From Desulfomonilia bacterium (lineage in GTDB: Bacteria > Desulfobacterota > Desulfomonilia > UBA1062): a stretch of 64,000 nt of DNA. The notes below the pieces were generated by a model. The model saw only the letters and a program-made list of their open reading frames with translations. It did not search any database and was not told the DNA's origin. Shown piece by piece: positions 1-9,145 of this stretch. The stretch spans positions 224,001 to 288,000 of the forward strand of contig CAXXDQ010000003.1 of the NCBI GenBank assembly GCA_963664325.2, written 5' to 3'. Made by a program: the position numbers and the translations under genes. Numbering within the stretch: the first letter of the stretch is position 1; each line of letters begins with the position of its first letter.

Positions 1-1365
1 GTCATCCGATATTCCGAACCTGGCCCTTATTACCGGCTCGTCAAGCAGGGAGATGATATGAGAGGCCCTGAAGCGTTTGTCCGAAAGGCCAAGCAGGCCG
101 AAGAAGCCGTCGGTGAGGGGTTTTTCAATCTCCTGGGTATCGGAGACGTTGAAAGGTATGAATGTCTTGGTGCCAGCCTCGCCGCCGAAGACCGCCTCGA
201 TGTACGGCGCATAAGTGTTTATGTCGGGCGACATCACGAGGATTTCCTCTGGCTTGAGCGTCGGGTCCTTTTCGAACATCGAGAGGAGATTATCCCTGAG
301 CACTTCCACCTCGCGCATAGGGCTGTGGCAGGAATGTACGGCGATGGACTCGTCACCGGGGTCTATCATGCGTTTAGGCGAGTCATTGCCGCCTGAAAGG
401 TCGAGTAAGCCTTTTTTTATCTGGCCCAGGACTGAGGTTTCGTCAGGCTCTTCCCAGAGGCCCTCTTCATCCGTTATCGTTTCATCCTGGCCGTAGAGAT
501 ATCCAAGGAAATCGCCGCCCTGCTTTCCCATAGAGGCGAGCAGGCTGTTGCCTGTTTCGAGATGCAGGTCCTGAGCTGAGAGTCCCGCCTTTTTTTCTTT
601 CCCGATGATCTTCCTTTCGGATTCGATATCCATCCAGTACTGGCGGCAGGGGTTGAGCACGAAAACGTGCACGTCCGCAGTCAAGGCGCAAGCCTTCAGT
701 ATCTCCAGATGGAAATTGGGAAGGTGCGATATCCCGAACATGCATATGCGCTTTGCATTGCGAAGCGGCTTTTCGGAAACCAGCCTCGCAACGAGGTCCC
801 TTTTCAGGCCTGCGGGATGGGGCCCCAGAGCGGAACTAATCCTGCTCCAGATTATTGCCTGCCATTCCTCGGCCTCTTTTTCCGGGCTGTCAGCAAAAAA
901 TCTCTTGCCGTTTTCCCATCCGAGAACGATCTCCGGCCTGAAGACAAGGTACTGATCGAATGCGTCCGCTATGCGCGCCGAGAGCTGCACCAGCCTGACG
1001 CCTGTCTCGTCGCCCGAGACATATCTCTTAAGGGCCATGAATGTTTTTTCTTTCCCGGCGGCCTCTATTATCCCCATTATCCTGAAGATAAGGCGTTCCG
1101 GCGCATATCCCTTATCCGGCGCAGCGCCGAGAACCCGCTCGAAAAGCTCATATACAAAGGCGTTGGGGAAGGGGAAGCGACCGTTGGACAACACCCCAAG
1201 GCTTTCCGCAATGCGCATGGAGATCCAGCGCTGCATACCCCTGCTCTGTACGATTATTGTCTCAGGCTCAAAGGGATTTTCGATGCGGTTTTCTTTTATC
1301 AGGCCGGAGAGTCTTTCCGCCAGCCTGAGTAAACTGTTTCCTGTATGCAGGTAAAGCCCTGGCAT
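1..1365 (-). CDS. recC: Exodeoxyribonuclease V gamma subunit, 5' part (runs off the left edge)
   Basis: Not in the ORF track because it has no stop in the window. Manual translation from ATG 1365 gives MPGLYLHTGNSLLRLAERL...PFEPETIIVQSRGMQRWISMRIAE...FPFPN, then FGISHLP...LNPCRQYW...NSLLASMG...HSCHSPMREVEVLRD...ILVMSPDINTYAPYIEAVF, which are RecC motifs. Confidence 0.93.
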   Translation of the reverse strand, partial: MPGLYLHTGNSLLRLAERLSGLIKENRIENPFEPETIIVQSRGMQRWISMRIAESLGVLSNGRFPFPNAFVYELFERVLGAAPDKGYAPERLIFRIMGIIEAAGKEKTFMALKRYVSGDETGVRLVQLSARIADAFDQYLVFRPEIVLGWENGKRFFADSPEKEAEEWQAIIWSRISSALGPHPAGLKRDLVARLVSEKPLRNAKRICMFGISHLPNFHLEILKACALTADVHVFVLNPCRQYWMDIESERKIIGKEKKAGLSAQDLHLETGNSLLASMGKQGGDFLGYLYGQDETITDEEGLWEEPDETSVLGQIKKGLLDLSGGNDSPKRMIDPGDESIAVHSCHSPMREVEVLRDNLLSMFEKDPTLKPEEILVMSPDINTYAPYIEAVFGGEAGTKTFIPFNVSDTQEIEKPLTDGFFGLLGLSDKRFRASHIISLLDEPVIRARFGISDD

Positions 1366-1369
1366 GTGT

Positions 1370-2305
1370 TCAGGCCTTTTTCATGAATACGCCGTCCTGC
1401 GAAATTATCCCGCCCGTGTCAGCAAGTCTTGCGAGATGTTTGGAGACCATATTTGACTCTCCATAAAAGAGTATTTCATCCATCCTGCTTTTATAATCGC
1501 ATCCGTAAACGGGAGATATCCAGGTCATATCAGAGATGCTTACCGGAATTCCCTGCGGCATTAAATCAAATATAAGGCGGTCCCTTGATTCGATCACGGA
1601 TTCATAGGCCTCAAGACGCCTCAGGGCATGTGCCCTGTTGACGGGTTTTGCATGCGATGAAATGTATGTCTCAAACGGCAATGCCCTTATTTCAGCGATT
1701 GACTTGATGAACAGGCTTATATCGCTTTCAGGATTTCCGTACCAGGGCCCGAACGGGCTCAGATCGATATCAAAACCGAACACGAGTTTCCTGTCGGGCT
1801 CCCACAGGCAGTAGTGGTCATTTGTATGTCCGGGGGAGGAGATTGCCGTCAGTTTGATTTTGCCGGTGCTGAATTCATGGCCACCGGTGAATGTTTCAGC
1901 ATATCTAAAATCTCTGTAACCGGTTGCAGGAAGGTACTCTTTTTTCCATTTTTCAGACAGTTCGCTCCCCACCATCCGGTTTGCAAGTTTGTCGGCATTT
2001 CCGATGGAATCGGCATTTTCAGACGGAACCAGTATGCAGGTTCCAGCACTGTTTAAAAGCCATGATCCCGAGGTGTGGTCAGGATGGGAATGCGAAAGAA
2101 CCGCCAGATCGATTTTAATGTTTTTAAGGATGGTTTCTATAATGCTTATGCCGCAGCCTGAATCAAGGAGGAGGTTTATTCCGTCTGTTATGAGGAATGA
2201 ATTGGAAAAGGGCGACCGGCTCCTGTTCAGCCCGTGAATGATATGTATCTGATCATCGATTTCCGTAATTTTAATTCCATCTGAGATCAGCTTTTTAATG
2301 GGCAT
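1370..2305 (-). CDS. MBL-fold metallo-hydrolase
   Basis: SHSHPDH, PGHT, D and SHA motifs. Confidence 0.85.
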   Translation of the reverse strand: MPIKKLISDGIKITEIDDQIHIIHGLNRSRSPFSNSFLITDGINLLLDSGCGISIIETILKNIKIDLAVLSHSHPDHTSGSWLLNSAGTCILVPSENADSIGNADKLANRMVGSELSEKWKKEYLPATGYRDFRYAETFTGGHEFSTGKIKLTAISSPGHTNDHYCLWEPDRKLVFGFDIDLSPFGPWYGNPESDISLFIKSIAEIRALPFETYISSHAKPVNRAHALRRLEAYESVIESRDRLIFDLMPQGIPVSISDMTWISPVYGCDYKSRMDEILFYGESNMVSKHLARLADTGGIISQDGVFMKKA

Positions 2306-2332
2306 TGTTTCCAGGGGTTTGTTTCAAACATG

Positions 2333-2364
2333 CACGCCCATTCCCATGAAGGGAATGGGACGTG
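2333..2364. terminator. Stem-loop, probable terminator
   Basis: CCCATTCCC-ATGAA-GGGAATGGG inverted repeat downstream of the 84-aa ORF. Confidence 0.5.
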
Positions 2365-2408
2365 ATTTATTATATTTACGTCTGCCGGTAATTCCGGCAG
2401 GAAAGGGT

Positions 2409-2663
2409 TTACAGTCCCAGCATCCCGAGGACTTTCTTGCGTCTTTCCTCACTGCTGAACACGAATGCGGCTGCTCCGCCAAGACCGAGAATAAGCACTA
2501 ACGGATTTGTAAAAAGCTTCAATACTTTGAAAATGAGTTTTAAAATTGCGCCGAGTCCCTTGAAGACGATCTTTGTAATCTTTAGGGGGATCGTGATAAC
2601 AAGTAAAACCAGCTTAAAAGGCAAGAGGATGAGACTTTTTATCAGTGCAAGAATACCTTTCAT
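2409..2663 (-). CDS. Small basic/hydrophobic membrane protein, hypothetical
   Basis: GGAGG RBS; amphipathic K/L/I-rich helices and a C-terminal TM segment. Confidence 0.65.
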   Translation of the reverse strand: MKGILALIKSLILLPFKLVLLVITIPLKITKIVFKGLGAILKLIFKVLKLFTNPLVLILGLGGAAAFVFSSEERRKKVLGMLGL

Positions 2664-2723
2664 TTAAGAACCTCCTGGAAAATATTTTTATTATCCGGAT
2701 TATAAACCGTTAACAGATTCACT

Positions 2724-3353
2724 TCAATCTTTTTCATCCGATTTCATGAGCATGGAGAGCTTGAAAAGCGAAGGCAGCACATTTACATTTTCAACCCTTA
2801 CATGCCCGGGGACCTTGAGTGCGACAGGCGTAAAATTCCAGATTCCTCTTATGTTTGATTTAGCCAGAGCATCTGCAACATCCTGAGCCGAAGACGGAGG
2901 CGTCGCAATTATGCCTATCGAGATCCGTTCGCTAAGGACTACTTCAGCCATTGAATCCATCGGATAAACAGGAATGCCGTCGATTACTGAACCGATGATG
3001 TCAGACCTTTTGTCGAAGAGGGCCCTTAAAATAAAATTTTTTTCCATGAACAGTCTGCTGTGCGCCAGTGCAAGCCCGAGGCTGCCGATGCCTACAAGCG
3101 CCATGTTAGCTCCTCTTGATATGCCGAGAAGCTCTTCAAGAGCCGCCTTGAGGCTTGAAATACTGTAGCCGCTTGCAGAGCTGTCAAGTCTGCCGAGCGA
3201 CATCATATCCTGGCGAATCGTTGACGGGGTAAAGCCCAGATGCCCTGCTATCATGTTAGATGATACCGACGTTTTTCCCGCCTTCTCTATATCCAGCACA
3301 TATTCATAATAAAGCGGCAATCTGGCTGCGACAGGCAAAGGGATCTTAGGCAT
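2724..3353 (-). CDS. rex: Redox-sensing transcriptional repressor Rex
   Basis: RLPLYY, VSS..IA, TIRQD, GY, GIGSLG Rossmann motif and IWNFTP. Confidence 0.9.
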   Translation of the reverse strand: MPKIPLPVAARLPLYYEYVLDIEKAGKTSVSSNMIAGHLGFTPSTIRQDMMSLGRLDSSASGYSISSLKAALEELLGISRGANMALVGIGSLGLALAHSRLFMEKNFILRALFDKRSDIIGSVIDGIPVYPMDSMAEVVLSERISIGIIATPPSSAQDVADALAKSNIRGIWNFTPVALKVPGHVRVENVNVLPSLFKLSMLMKSDEKD

Positions 3354-3487
3354 TCTATTACCTTTCTAAAAAATAACAGAAATTATTTTCATGCAGTGTT
3401 ATCTGAAGATGATATCTTGTCTTGTGATCAGTCATTTGTTTGTTTTAAAAATAAATCAATAAAATCGCTTACAATTCTGAAACGGTT

Positions 3488-3832
3488 TTATTTATTCTTT
3501 GGCGCCGGGCGGAACAGATCCTTGAACTCCGGCAACTTGACCAAGTTGTCGAACCTGCTCTCCAATGCGGCAAAATCTCCCATCAGTCTTTTCCCGTCAG
3601 CGGTAAGTTTAGCCCCGGTCCTGCCCTGTCTGCCTTTTTCTACAAGGGTTATGCCCAGTCTTTTTTCATATTCCCTTATCCTTCCCCATGCTGCGCGATA
3701 GGACATCTCAAGCTCTTCGGCGGCCTTATGAAGCGAGCCTGTCTTCTCAATAAGCTCAAGCAATGACTGCACGCCCTTCCCGAATACGGGCATTCCGTTT
3801 TTTTCTATCCAGAGTCTGTATGAAATCTTCAT
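3488..3832 (-). CDS. modE: ModE-family regulator, winged-helix DNA-binding domain only
   Basis: LWIE...FGKG...LL..IEKTGSLHKAA..L.MSYRAAW..I...E..LG..LV; no TOBE domains. Confidence 0.85.
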   Translation of the reverse strand: MKISYRLWIEKNGMPVFGKGVQSLLELIEKTGSLHKAAEELEMSYRAAWGRIREYEKRLGITLVEKGRQGRTGAKLTADGKRLMGDFAALESRFDNLVKLPEFKDLFRPAPKNK

Positions 3833-3909
3833 GTTCTAATATTATTAACATCCATTTTTAAATTATCAAGATGCCATGTCATAAAAACTTTATGCATGAG
3901 GTTGTCTTA

Positions 3910-3929
3910 TTGTATACTGCCTGATATAA
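3910..3929. promoter_or_regulatory. ModE-type box 1 (modE/resB divergon)
   Basis: TTGTAT-N8-ATATAA, one mismatch to TTATRT-N8-AYATAA. Confidence 0.5.
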
Positions 3930-3956
3930 CAAACGGAAACCCATGGTTATCATTTT

Positions 3957-5003
3957 ATGAATATTAAAAACGTTTTCAACCGCTTAACAAGCAATCTTTC
4001 ATTGTTAAGGCTTGCGGTTTTTGTAATGTTGCTCCTGGCCGTCCTGCTGATAATCGAGACGGCAACGACGTTTATAATCCCTATGATACCAGGGGATTCC
4101 CTCAGGACAAGGTACCTGCTTAATCTTTTTGCAGAAAGCAGCCCCGTGTTGCTCGGGTTTATCGCGTCGGTACTCTGTCTCCTTATTGTCGCCTATGTCA
4201 TGAAGATGTCGATAATATCAAAAATCACCCTCAGACGTGCAGGGTTAATACTTTTTCACCTCGGAATACCAGTAATGCTTGCGGGTTACTTTGCAGGAAA
4301 ATTCGGACTAGATGCCGAGATGCATATACCAAAAGGGCAATCATCAAATATAATACACACCAAAGACGGAAGAACGGAGATGCTTGGCTTTTCAATCAGG
4401 TGCGAGGGGTTTGACGTAATTTATAATAAAGACGGCTCTCCGGCTGAGTTCGTTTCATATCTGAGCTTTATTAAAAATGGCGGGGTTCAAAAAAAATCAA
4501 TCCTGCGAGTAAATCATCCCGTCAGTTTTGAAGGAACGACATTGTACCAGTCCGCATATGCCTGCGAAGAAACTTCAATAATTAAGATCACAGACGGCAG
4601 TAAAACTACATGGTTTAAAACGGGGCCGGGTGATGAAATAAATCCTGTGAAAGGCGTGACGGTCCGGACAGGCCAGATATTTTCCGATCTCATGGATACG
4701 GGGCCTGCCGTGGAACTTTTCATCGAAACGCCTGATGGCTCGTACAATATGTGGCTTCTAAAAAATCTGAGGAAAATCATTGAAAGAAAGCCGGACTTCC
4801 TTGAAAGCCATCGTGAATTCGACCCGGCTCTTGTCAAGCCATTCATATTTATGCTGGAAGGCCTGAATTCGAGCTGCACAACGGGGCTTTCCGTCAGAAA
4901 AGACCCGGGATTAATCCTTGCAGCTTCTGGCGGGATAATGTTTGCAGTCGGGATAATCATAATCTTTATTCCACGGCCCGAGCCTGAAAAGCGGAGAGCA
5001 TGA
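3957..5003 (+). CDS. resB: Cytochrome c biogenesis protein ResB/Ccs1 (short form)
   Basis: TM with LFHLG, LRVNHPVSFEGTTLYQSAY, TGLSVRKDPG followed by a C-terminal TM. Confidence 0.85.
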   Translation: MNIKNVFNRLTSNLSLLRLAVFVMLLLAVLLIIETATTFIIPMIPGDSLRTRYLLNLFAESSPVLLGFIASVLCLLIVAYVMKMSIISKITLRRAGLILFHLGIPVMLAGYFAGKFGLDAEMHIPKGQSSNIIHTKDGRTEMLGFSIRCEGFDVIYNKDGSPAEFVSYLSFIKNGGVQKKSILRVNHPVSFEGTTLYQSAYACEETSIIKITDGSKTTWFKTGPGDEINPVKGVTVRTGQIFSDLMDTGPAVELFIETPDGSYNMWLLKNLRKIIERKPDFLESHREFDPALVKPFIFMLEGLNSSCTTGLSVRKDPGLILAASGGIMFAVGIIIIFIPRPEPEKRRA

Positions 5004-5004
5004 A

Positions 5005-5790
5005 ATGGATGCTAGGCTGACAATAGGTGCCCTGGTCTTATATGTATTTTCATTCCTGTGCCTGAGCAACAGGAAGACCTGGATAATTACTGCCGGAAAG
5101 TCCTTGGCCGTGACTGCTTTCGGGCTGCTGACAATAGCCCTTGCCCTGCGCTGGGTCGCTTCATACAGGGCAGGTTTTGGCCATGCCCCGGTATCGAACC
5201 TGTATGAGTCGCTTGTCGTGCTCTCATGGTCCTTTATGCTTGCCGCGCTATTATTTTTATGGATCAGGAAATCTTTGCAGGCGGTCATGTTTGCCTGTCC
5301 TATTATCGTGATGATCCTTTTGTATGCATGCTTTGCGCCGGGCGTGGACAATTCGATCAAGCCTCTTGTGCCGGCCCTTAAAAGCAACTGGCTGCTTATC
5401 CATGTGACAACCTGCATGACCGGCTATGCATTGCTGGCGCTTGGCACGGTTCTGACAGCGTATGATGCATATTCCAGATCTGGGCAAAAAAACAACAGGG
5501 CCCAGGAAGCGGCATCGGCATTCATTACCGCCGGATTTATCATTTTTTCATTCGGCATCATGACAGGCGCGGTCTGGGCGCAGACAGCCTGGGGAAGATA
5601 CTGGGGATGGGATCCCAAGGAGACATGGGCATTAATCACATGGCTTGTTTATGCCGCAAGCCTGCACGCCAGAAAGAAAAGCGGCAATTCAAGCATGTTG
5701 TATGCAGGTCTGGCCGTCTTCGGTTTGGCCTGCATAGTCTTCACTTATCTGGGCGTTAATTACATGCCAGGTTTGCACAGCTACTTCTGA
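5005..5790 (+). CDS. ccsA: System II cytochrome c synthetase CcsA/ResC
   Basis: HAPVSNLYES, PALKSNWLLIHV, WWD motif WAQTAWGRYWGWDPKETW, GLHSY. Confidence 0.95.
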   Translation: MDARLTIGALVLYVFSFLCLSNRKTWIITAGKSLAVTAFGLLTIALALRWVASYRAGFGHAPVSNLYESLVVLSWSFMLAALLFLWIRKSLQAVMFACPIIVMILLYACFAPGVDNSIKPLVPALKSNWLLIHVTTCMTGYALLALGTVLTAYDAYSRSGQKNNRAQEAASAFITAGFIIFSFGIMTGAVWAQTAWGRYWGWDPKETWALITWLVYAASLHARKKSGNSSMLYAGLAVFGLACIVFTYLGVNYMPGLHSYF

Positions 5791-5909
5791 GCCCGGCCCT
5801 ACAGCGGCATTTCATTACACAGCAGTTAAAGGTTTTATGCTTGATAGTGTGAAAAAGGCTGGGCCATCGGCTTATATGCTCTCAATATACAGCGGCATGA
5901 AATCTCGAC

Positions 5910-5937
5910 TTGACATATTATGTTGTGATTAACATAA
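5910..5937 (+). promoter_or_regulatory. -35 hexamer plus ModE-type box 2 upstream of the diheme protein
   Basis: TTGACA (5910-5915) followed by the perfect palindrome TTATGTT-GTGATT-AACATAA (5918-5937). Confidence 0.7.
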
Positions 5938-6060
5938 CATTCGGATTGCGGGATTTATTTTTTCCCGCATAGCAAAGAAAATGTGAAAGCAAGTGACGGG
6001 GATTATGTTTAACGGGCAATAAGCTTTGGCAAATCGATATTCTGTGGAAAAGAGGAACCC

Positions 6061-7539
6061 ATGAAAAATCACAAGATCTGGATCATGGCAACAGGAACCG
6101 TGCTCTTTATATGCGCCGCTTTTATATGCTACGCGGCATATACGCATGAAGGCGAGATCGATTCGCAAAAATTTCATGCCGTCTATCCCCGGACTGCAGG
6201 TACCAAACTTGACGATTGTTCCTTATGCCACAGGGGCGGCTCCAGTGTATCCGGAGGAAAAACGACTAACCTGGGCAGCTGCCAGTGGTGCCATTACAAG
6301 AGCAATTATGGCAAAACAGAAAAATATGATTATGCGGAAACCCTCAACAATTATGGGAAGGACTACCTCAGACAAGGCAGAAATGAAGCTGCAATAACGG
6401 CTATCCAGGATCTCGACTCCGATGGAGACGGGTACTCGAACAGAATAGAAATTGCCGCCCTCAGGTATCCCGGCGATCCGAATGACGACCCTGCGAAAGT
6501 TGCCGCACCTTCAAAGGTTTTCACGCGCGGGCAGCTTGAAGCCATGCCTCAACATACCCAGTTTCTCTTGTCTAATGCAAGCAAGTCAACAGATACCTAT
6601 GCCGAATACACTGGTGTTCCGATGGAGGACCTGTTGAAGCCGCTGTTGCTGCCATCGGCGACTGAAGTTACGGTCCTTTCCCCGGACGGTTACTCGCAAA
6701 CCCATCCATTCAATTATGATGCAACTCTCAACGTCTATTATGTGTACGGCAAATACCCTGCTGCAAAATTCTTTTATAACGATCAGGCCGACGTGGCAAA
6801 ACACCCTGAAACCGGATGGTGCGACTATTCGGCTCCATCGGTGGGGAAAAGGGTGAACGGTGATCGGATCGTCAACAAAGACGGGTTGAAGATGATACTT
6901 GCGTTCAAGAGGGATGGACAGTACCTGGCACCAGGCGTGCTGAATCTCCAGAATAAGCTAGATGGTGAGGGTCCCTTCAGAGTCGTCCCGCCCCAGAAGG
7001 TTGTCGGTCCTCCGGACCAGAGATCGACAGCGAAAAACGCACAGGACCCTGGTGCATGGATCTGGCCGTACCTGCCAAACGGGGACCACAATGTAGGAGC
7101 GTCGACCCGTTCTACAACAATCATGAGGGTAGGTCCCTTGCCAAAAGGGACAACCGACATTAATCTCCTCGAAGCCGGCTGGAACTATATCGGCCAGGAT
7201 AAAATCGTAATCTATGGGGCCATCAACCCGCTCGAAAACATCAATGAAAAGCTCATTCAACTGGCGGCCGCCATCGACTCAATGCCTCCGGAAAACTTTA
7301 CGACACCGACCGGGAAAGCGGCATTGAAGAGCAATGTGAAATCAGTACGGAAGATTCTTGATAAAGGTAATTACAGCGAGGCCTATCAGAAACTGCAGGA
7401 TGACATCATGGTTAAAATCAATATATGTAAAAATTCTGCTCATCCAGATGGAAGCGACTGGCTGAAAGACTGCGATACCCGGACAAAGCTCCACTGGGCT
7501 GTCAATGACATCATGGTGCTGCTGAAGATTTTACTATGA
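6061..7539 (+). CDS. GEGP-motif diheme c-type cytochrome with a sulfite-oxidase-like (molybdopterin-binding-type) domain
   Basis: Sec-type leader, CSLCH and CQWCH, DxDxDG (DSDGDG), then YTGVPMEDLL...SPDGY...MILAFKRDG...DGEGPFRVVPP; C-terminal helical domain. Confidence 0.75.
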   Translation: MKNHKIWIMATGTVLFICAAFICYAAYTHEGEIDSQKFHAVYPRTAGTKLDDCSLCHRGGSSVSGGKTTNLGSCQWCHYKSNYGKTEKYDYAETLNNYGKDYLRQGRNEAAITAIQDLDSDGDGYSNRIEIAALRYPGDPNDDPAKVAAPSKVFTRGQLEAMPQHTQFLLSNASKSTDTYAEYTGVPMEDLLKPLLLPSATEVTVLSPDGYSQTHPFNYDATLNVYYVYGKYPAAKFFYNDQADVAKHPETGWCDYSAPSVGKRVNGDRIVNKDGLKMILAFKRDGQYLAPGVLNLQNKLDGEGPFRVVPPQKVVGPPDQRSTAKNAQDPGAWIWPYLPNGDHNVGASTRSTTIMRVGPLPKGTTDINLLEAGWNYIGQDKIVIYGAINPLENINEKLIQLAAAIDSMPPENFTTPTGKAALKSNVKSVRKILDKGNYSEAYQKLQDDIMVKINICKNSAHPDGSDWLKDCDTRTKLHWAVNDIMVLLKILL

Positions 7540-7553
7540 CCTGCTTAAATCAA

Positions 7554-8297
7554 TTATTCAAGGTGGTACGTGATGGGAATGACAAGCTGGGCCTCACCGG
7601 GCGGCCTGGGGAATGGTGCGGTGTCGCGGACAGTCTTGATGGCGCTTTTATCCAGCACTATATAGCCTGAACTTTGAATTATCTTGAATGCCCTTACAGA
7701 GCCATTATCCGTTATGACAAAGGAAAGAAGGACCTTTCCCTGCCAGCCCATCCGTCTGGCCATATCTGGGTAGCTGACGTTCCCCAGGATTTTATCCCGG
7801 ATATAGGCAAAATGTTCGTTTAAATATTTCGTCCTGGCCGATTCTATGCTACCGTCACCGTTGCCCATGCCTGGGTTCGTCCCCGTTCCTTCTTTTATTC
7901 CTCCTGCGATACCGGGAGAACCTTCCTTCATATCCTTTGCCTGATCCGATATTTCCGCTCCCATGGGGCTGCTTTCCAGATTATTGGCTTCCGGCAGTTT
8001 CTCCACCGGCGGGACTTCCTGTACAGAGGATTTCCGGGGGGCCTCTTCCGGTTGCGGGGGAGGTTCTTCTTTCTTCATGACTGGACGGACTGCGGGACTA
8101 ATCAATTTTGTATTCATCAAAGGTGTCGGAACAAGCTCCTCGACCTTCTTGACTTCGGGAGGGGGCTTCAGCAGATCAAAATCCATGACCCTAGCCTTCT
8201 TGTATTGCCCCAGGAAAAGACTTCCAATGACGGCAAGGACAATAATTGCGGTATGAAGCAGGAAGGATATCTGGAAGGCTCTGGTCTGGTAGTTCAT
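7554..8297 (-). CDS. tonB: Energy transducer TonB
   Basis: SxxLH TM motif, Pro-rich linker, YPDMARRMGWQGKV...SSG..VLD. Confidence 0.93.
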   Translation of the reverse strand: MNYQTRAFQISFLLHTAIIVLAVIGSLFLGQYKKARVMDFDLLKPPPEVKKVEELVPTPLMNTKLISPAVRPVMKKEEPPPQPEEAPRKSSVQEVPPVEKLPEANNLESSPMGAEISDQAKDMKEGSPGIAGGIKEGTGTNPGMGNGDGSIESARTKYLNEHFAYIRDKILGNVSYPDMARRMGWQGKVLLSFVITDNGSVRAFKIIQSSGYIVLDKSAIKTVRDTAPFPRPPGEAQLVIPITYHLE

Positions 8298-8680
8298 GGA
8301 CCTTCCTCAGTCTGGAGACTGATGCGTTTAAATTCAAGCCCTTTGATAACGTCCAGGACGCTGACGAAGTTTTGAAGGATGATGCTGCGGTCCGCCCTGA
8401 TCAGGACAGGGGCTTTTTTGTTCATGTTTCCCAGATCGCTTTTCAATTCCTCCAGAGATACAAGTCTGGAGTTCAAATAAATTTTTCCGGCCTTATCGAT
8501 TTCAATCGTCTGGGTTTTCAGTATCTCCCCCGAGCTTCTATGGGCTTTGGGCAGGTCCATGGGGATCATTCCGCTGGCTATAAATGAAGAGGTCGTGAGC
8601 ACAATCGTAAGGAGCACTAGCATGACGTCGACCAGAGGAATGACATTGATGTAGTCAAACTCTTTTTCTTTCATGTTCAA
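8294..8680 (-). CDS. exbD: Biopolymer transporter ExbD
   Basis: INVIPLVDVMLVLL, LPKA, IRAD. Confidence 0.93.
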   Translation of the reverse strand: MNMKEKEFDYINVIPLVDVMLVLLTIVLTTSSFIASGMIPMDLPKAHRSSGEILKTQTIEIDKAGKIYLNSRLVSLEELKSDLGNMNKKAPVLIRADRSIILQNFVSVLDVIKGLEFKRISLQTEEGP

Positions 8681-9089
8681 TTTCCCAGCTCATTTGCAGG
8701 ACCTTAACTTTTCTCAAGAGAAAATTGTACAGGGAGACAGCGGGGATGGCCACCAGAAGACCTACGGCAGTGGCCTTCAATGCCAGCGCCAGACCTACCA
8801 TTATCTTTCCCGTATCCATAAAACCTTCCTTTCCGATCATGTAAAAGGTAAGCATGATGCCCAGAACAGTTCCCAGAAGGCCGATGTACGGTGCATTGCT
8901 GCCGATGGTTGCAATGAGGTGGATTTTTCTGGTGAGCTCAAGTTCCAGACTCTTTTGATCCGGGTAAGCGTCAAGTTTTACATGTTTAAAAAAATAAAAC
9001 CTTTCGATGGCAACTCCGATGGCAATGATGCTCAGGAAGATCAGAAAACCTATGATTCCATAATCTACGACAGCTTTAAGCCATTCCAT
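8655..9089 (-). CDS. exbB: TonB-system energizer ExbB (short type)
   Basis: IATIGSNAPYIGLLGTVLGIM and ALKATAVGLLVAIPA. Confidence 0.95.
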   Translation of the reverse strand: MEWLKAVVDYGIIGFLIFLSIIAIGVAIERFYFFKHVKLDAYPDQKSLELELTRKIHLIATIGSNAPYIGLLGTVLGIMLTFYMIGKEGFMDTGKIMVGLALALKATAVGLLVAIPAVSLYNFLLRKVKVLQMSWEIEHERKRV

Positions 9090-9145
9090 TTTCTCTCCTC
9101 TGTCTGCACCTATTTATAGGGCACAGGTGCATATATGTAATCCTT

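Noticed and set aside
58-1354. Plus-strand ORFs including the 221-aa ORF at 667-1332
   Set aside because: Antisense shadows of recC, which is open on the minus strand.
3354-3487. Rex autoregulatory box
   Set aside because: No TTGTGAA-N4-TTCACAA-like palindrome found.
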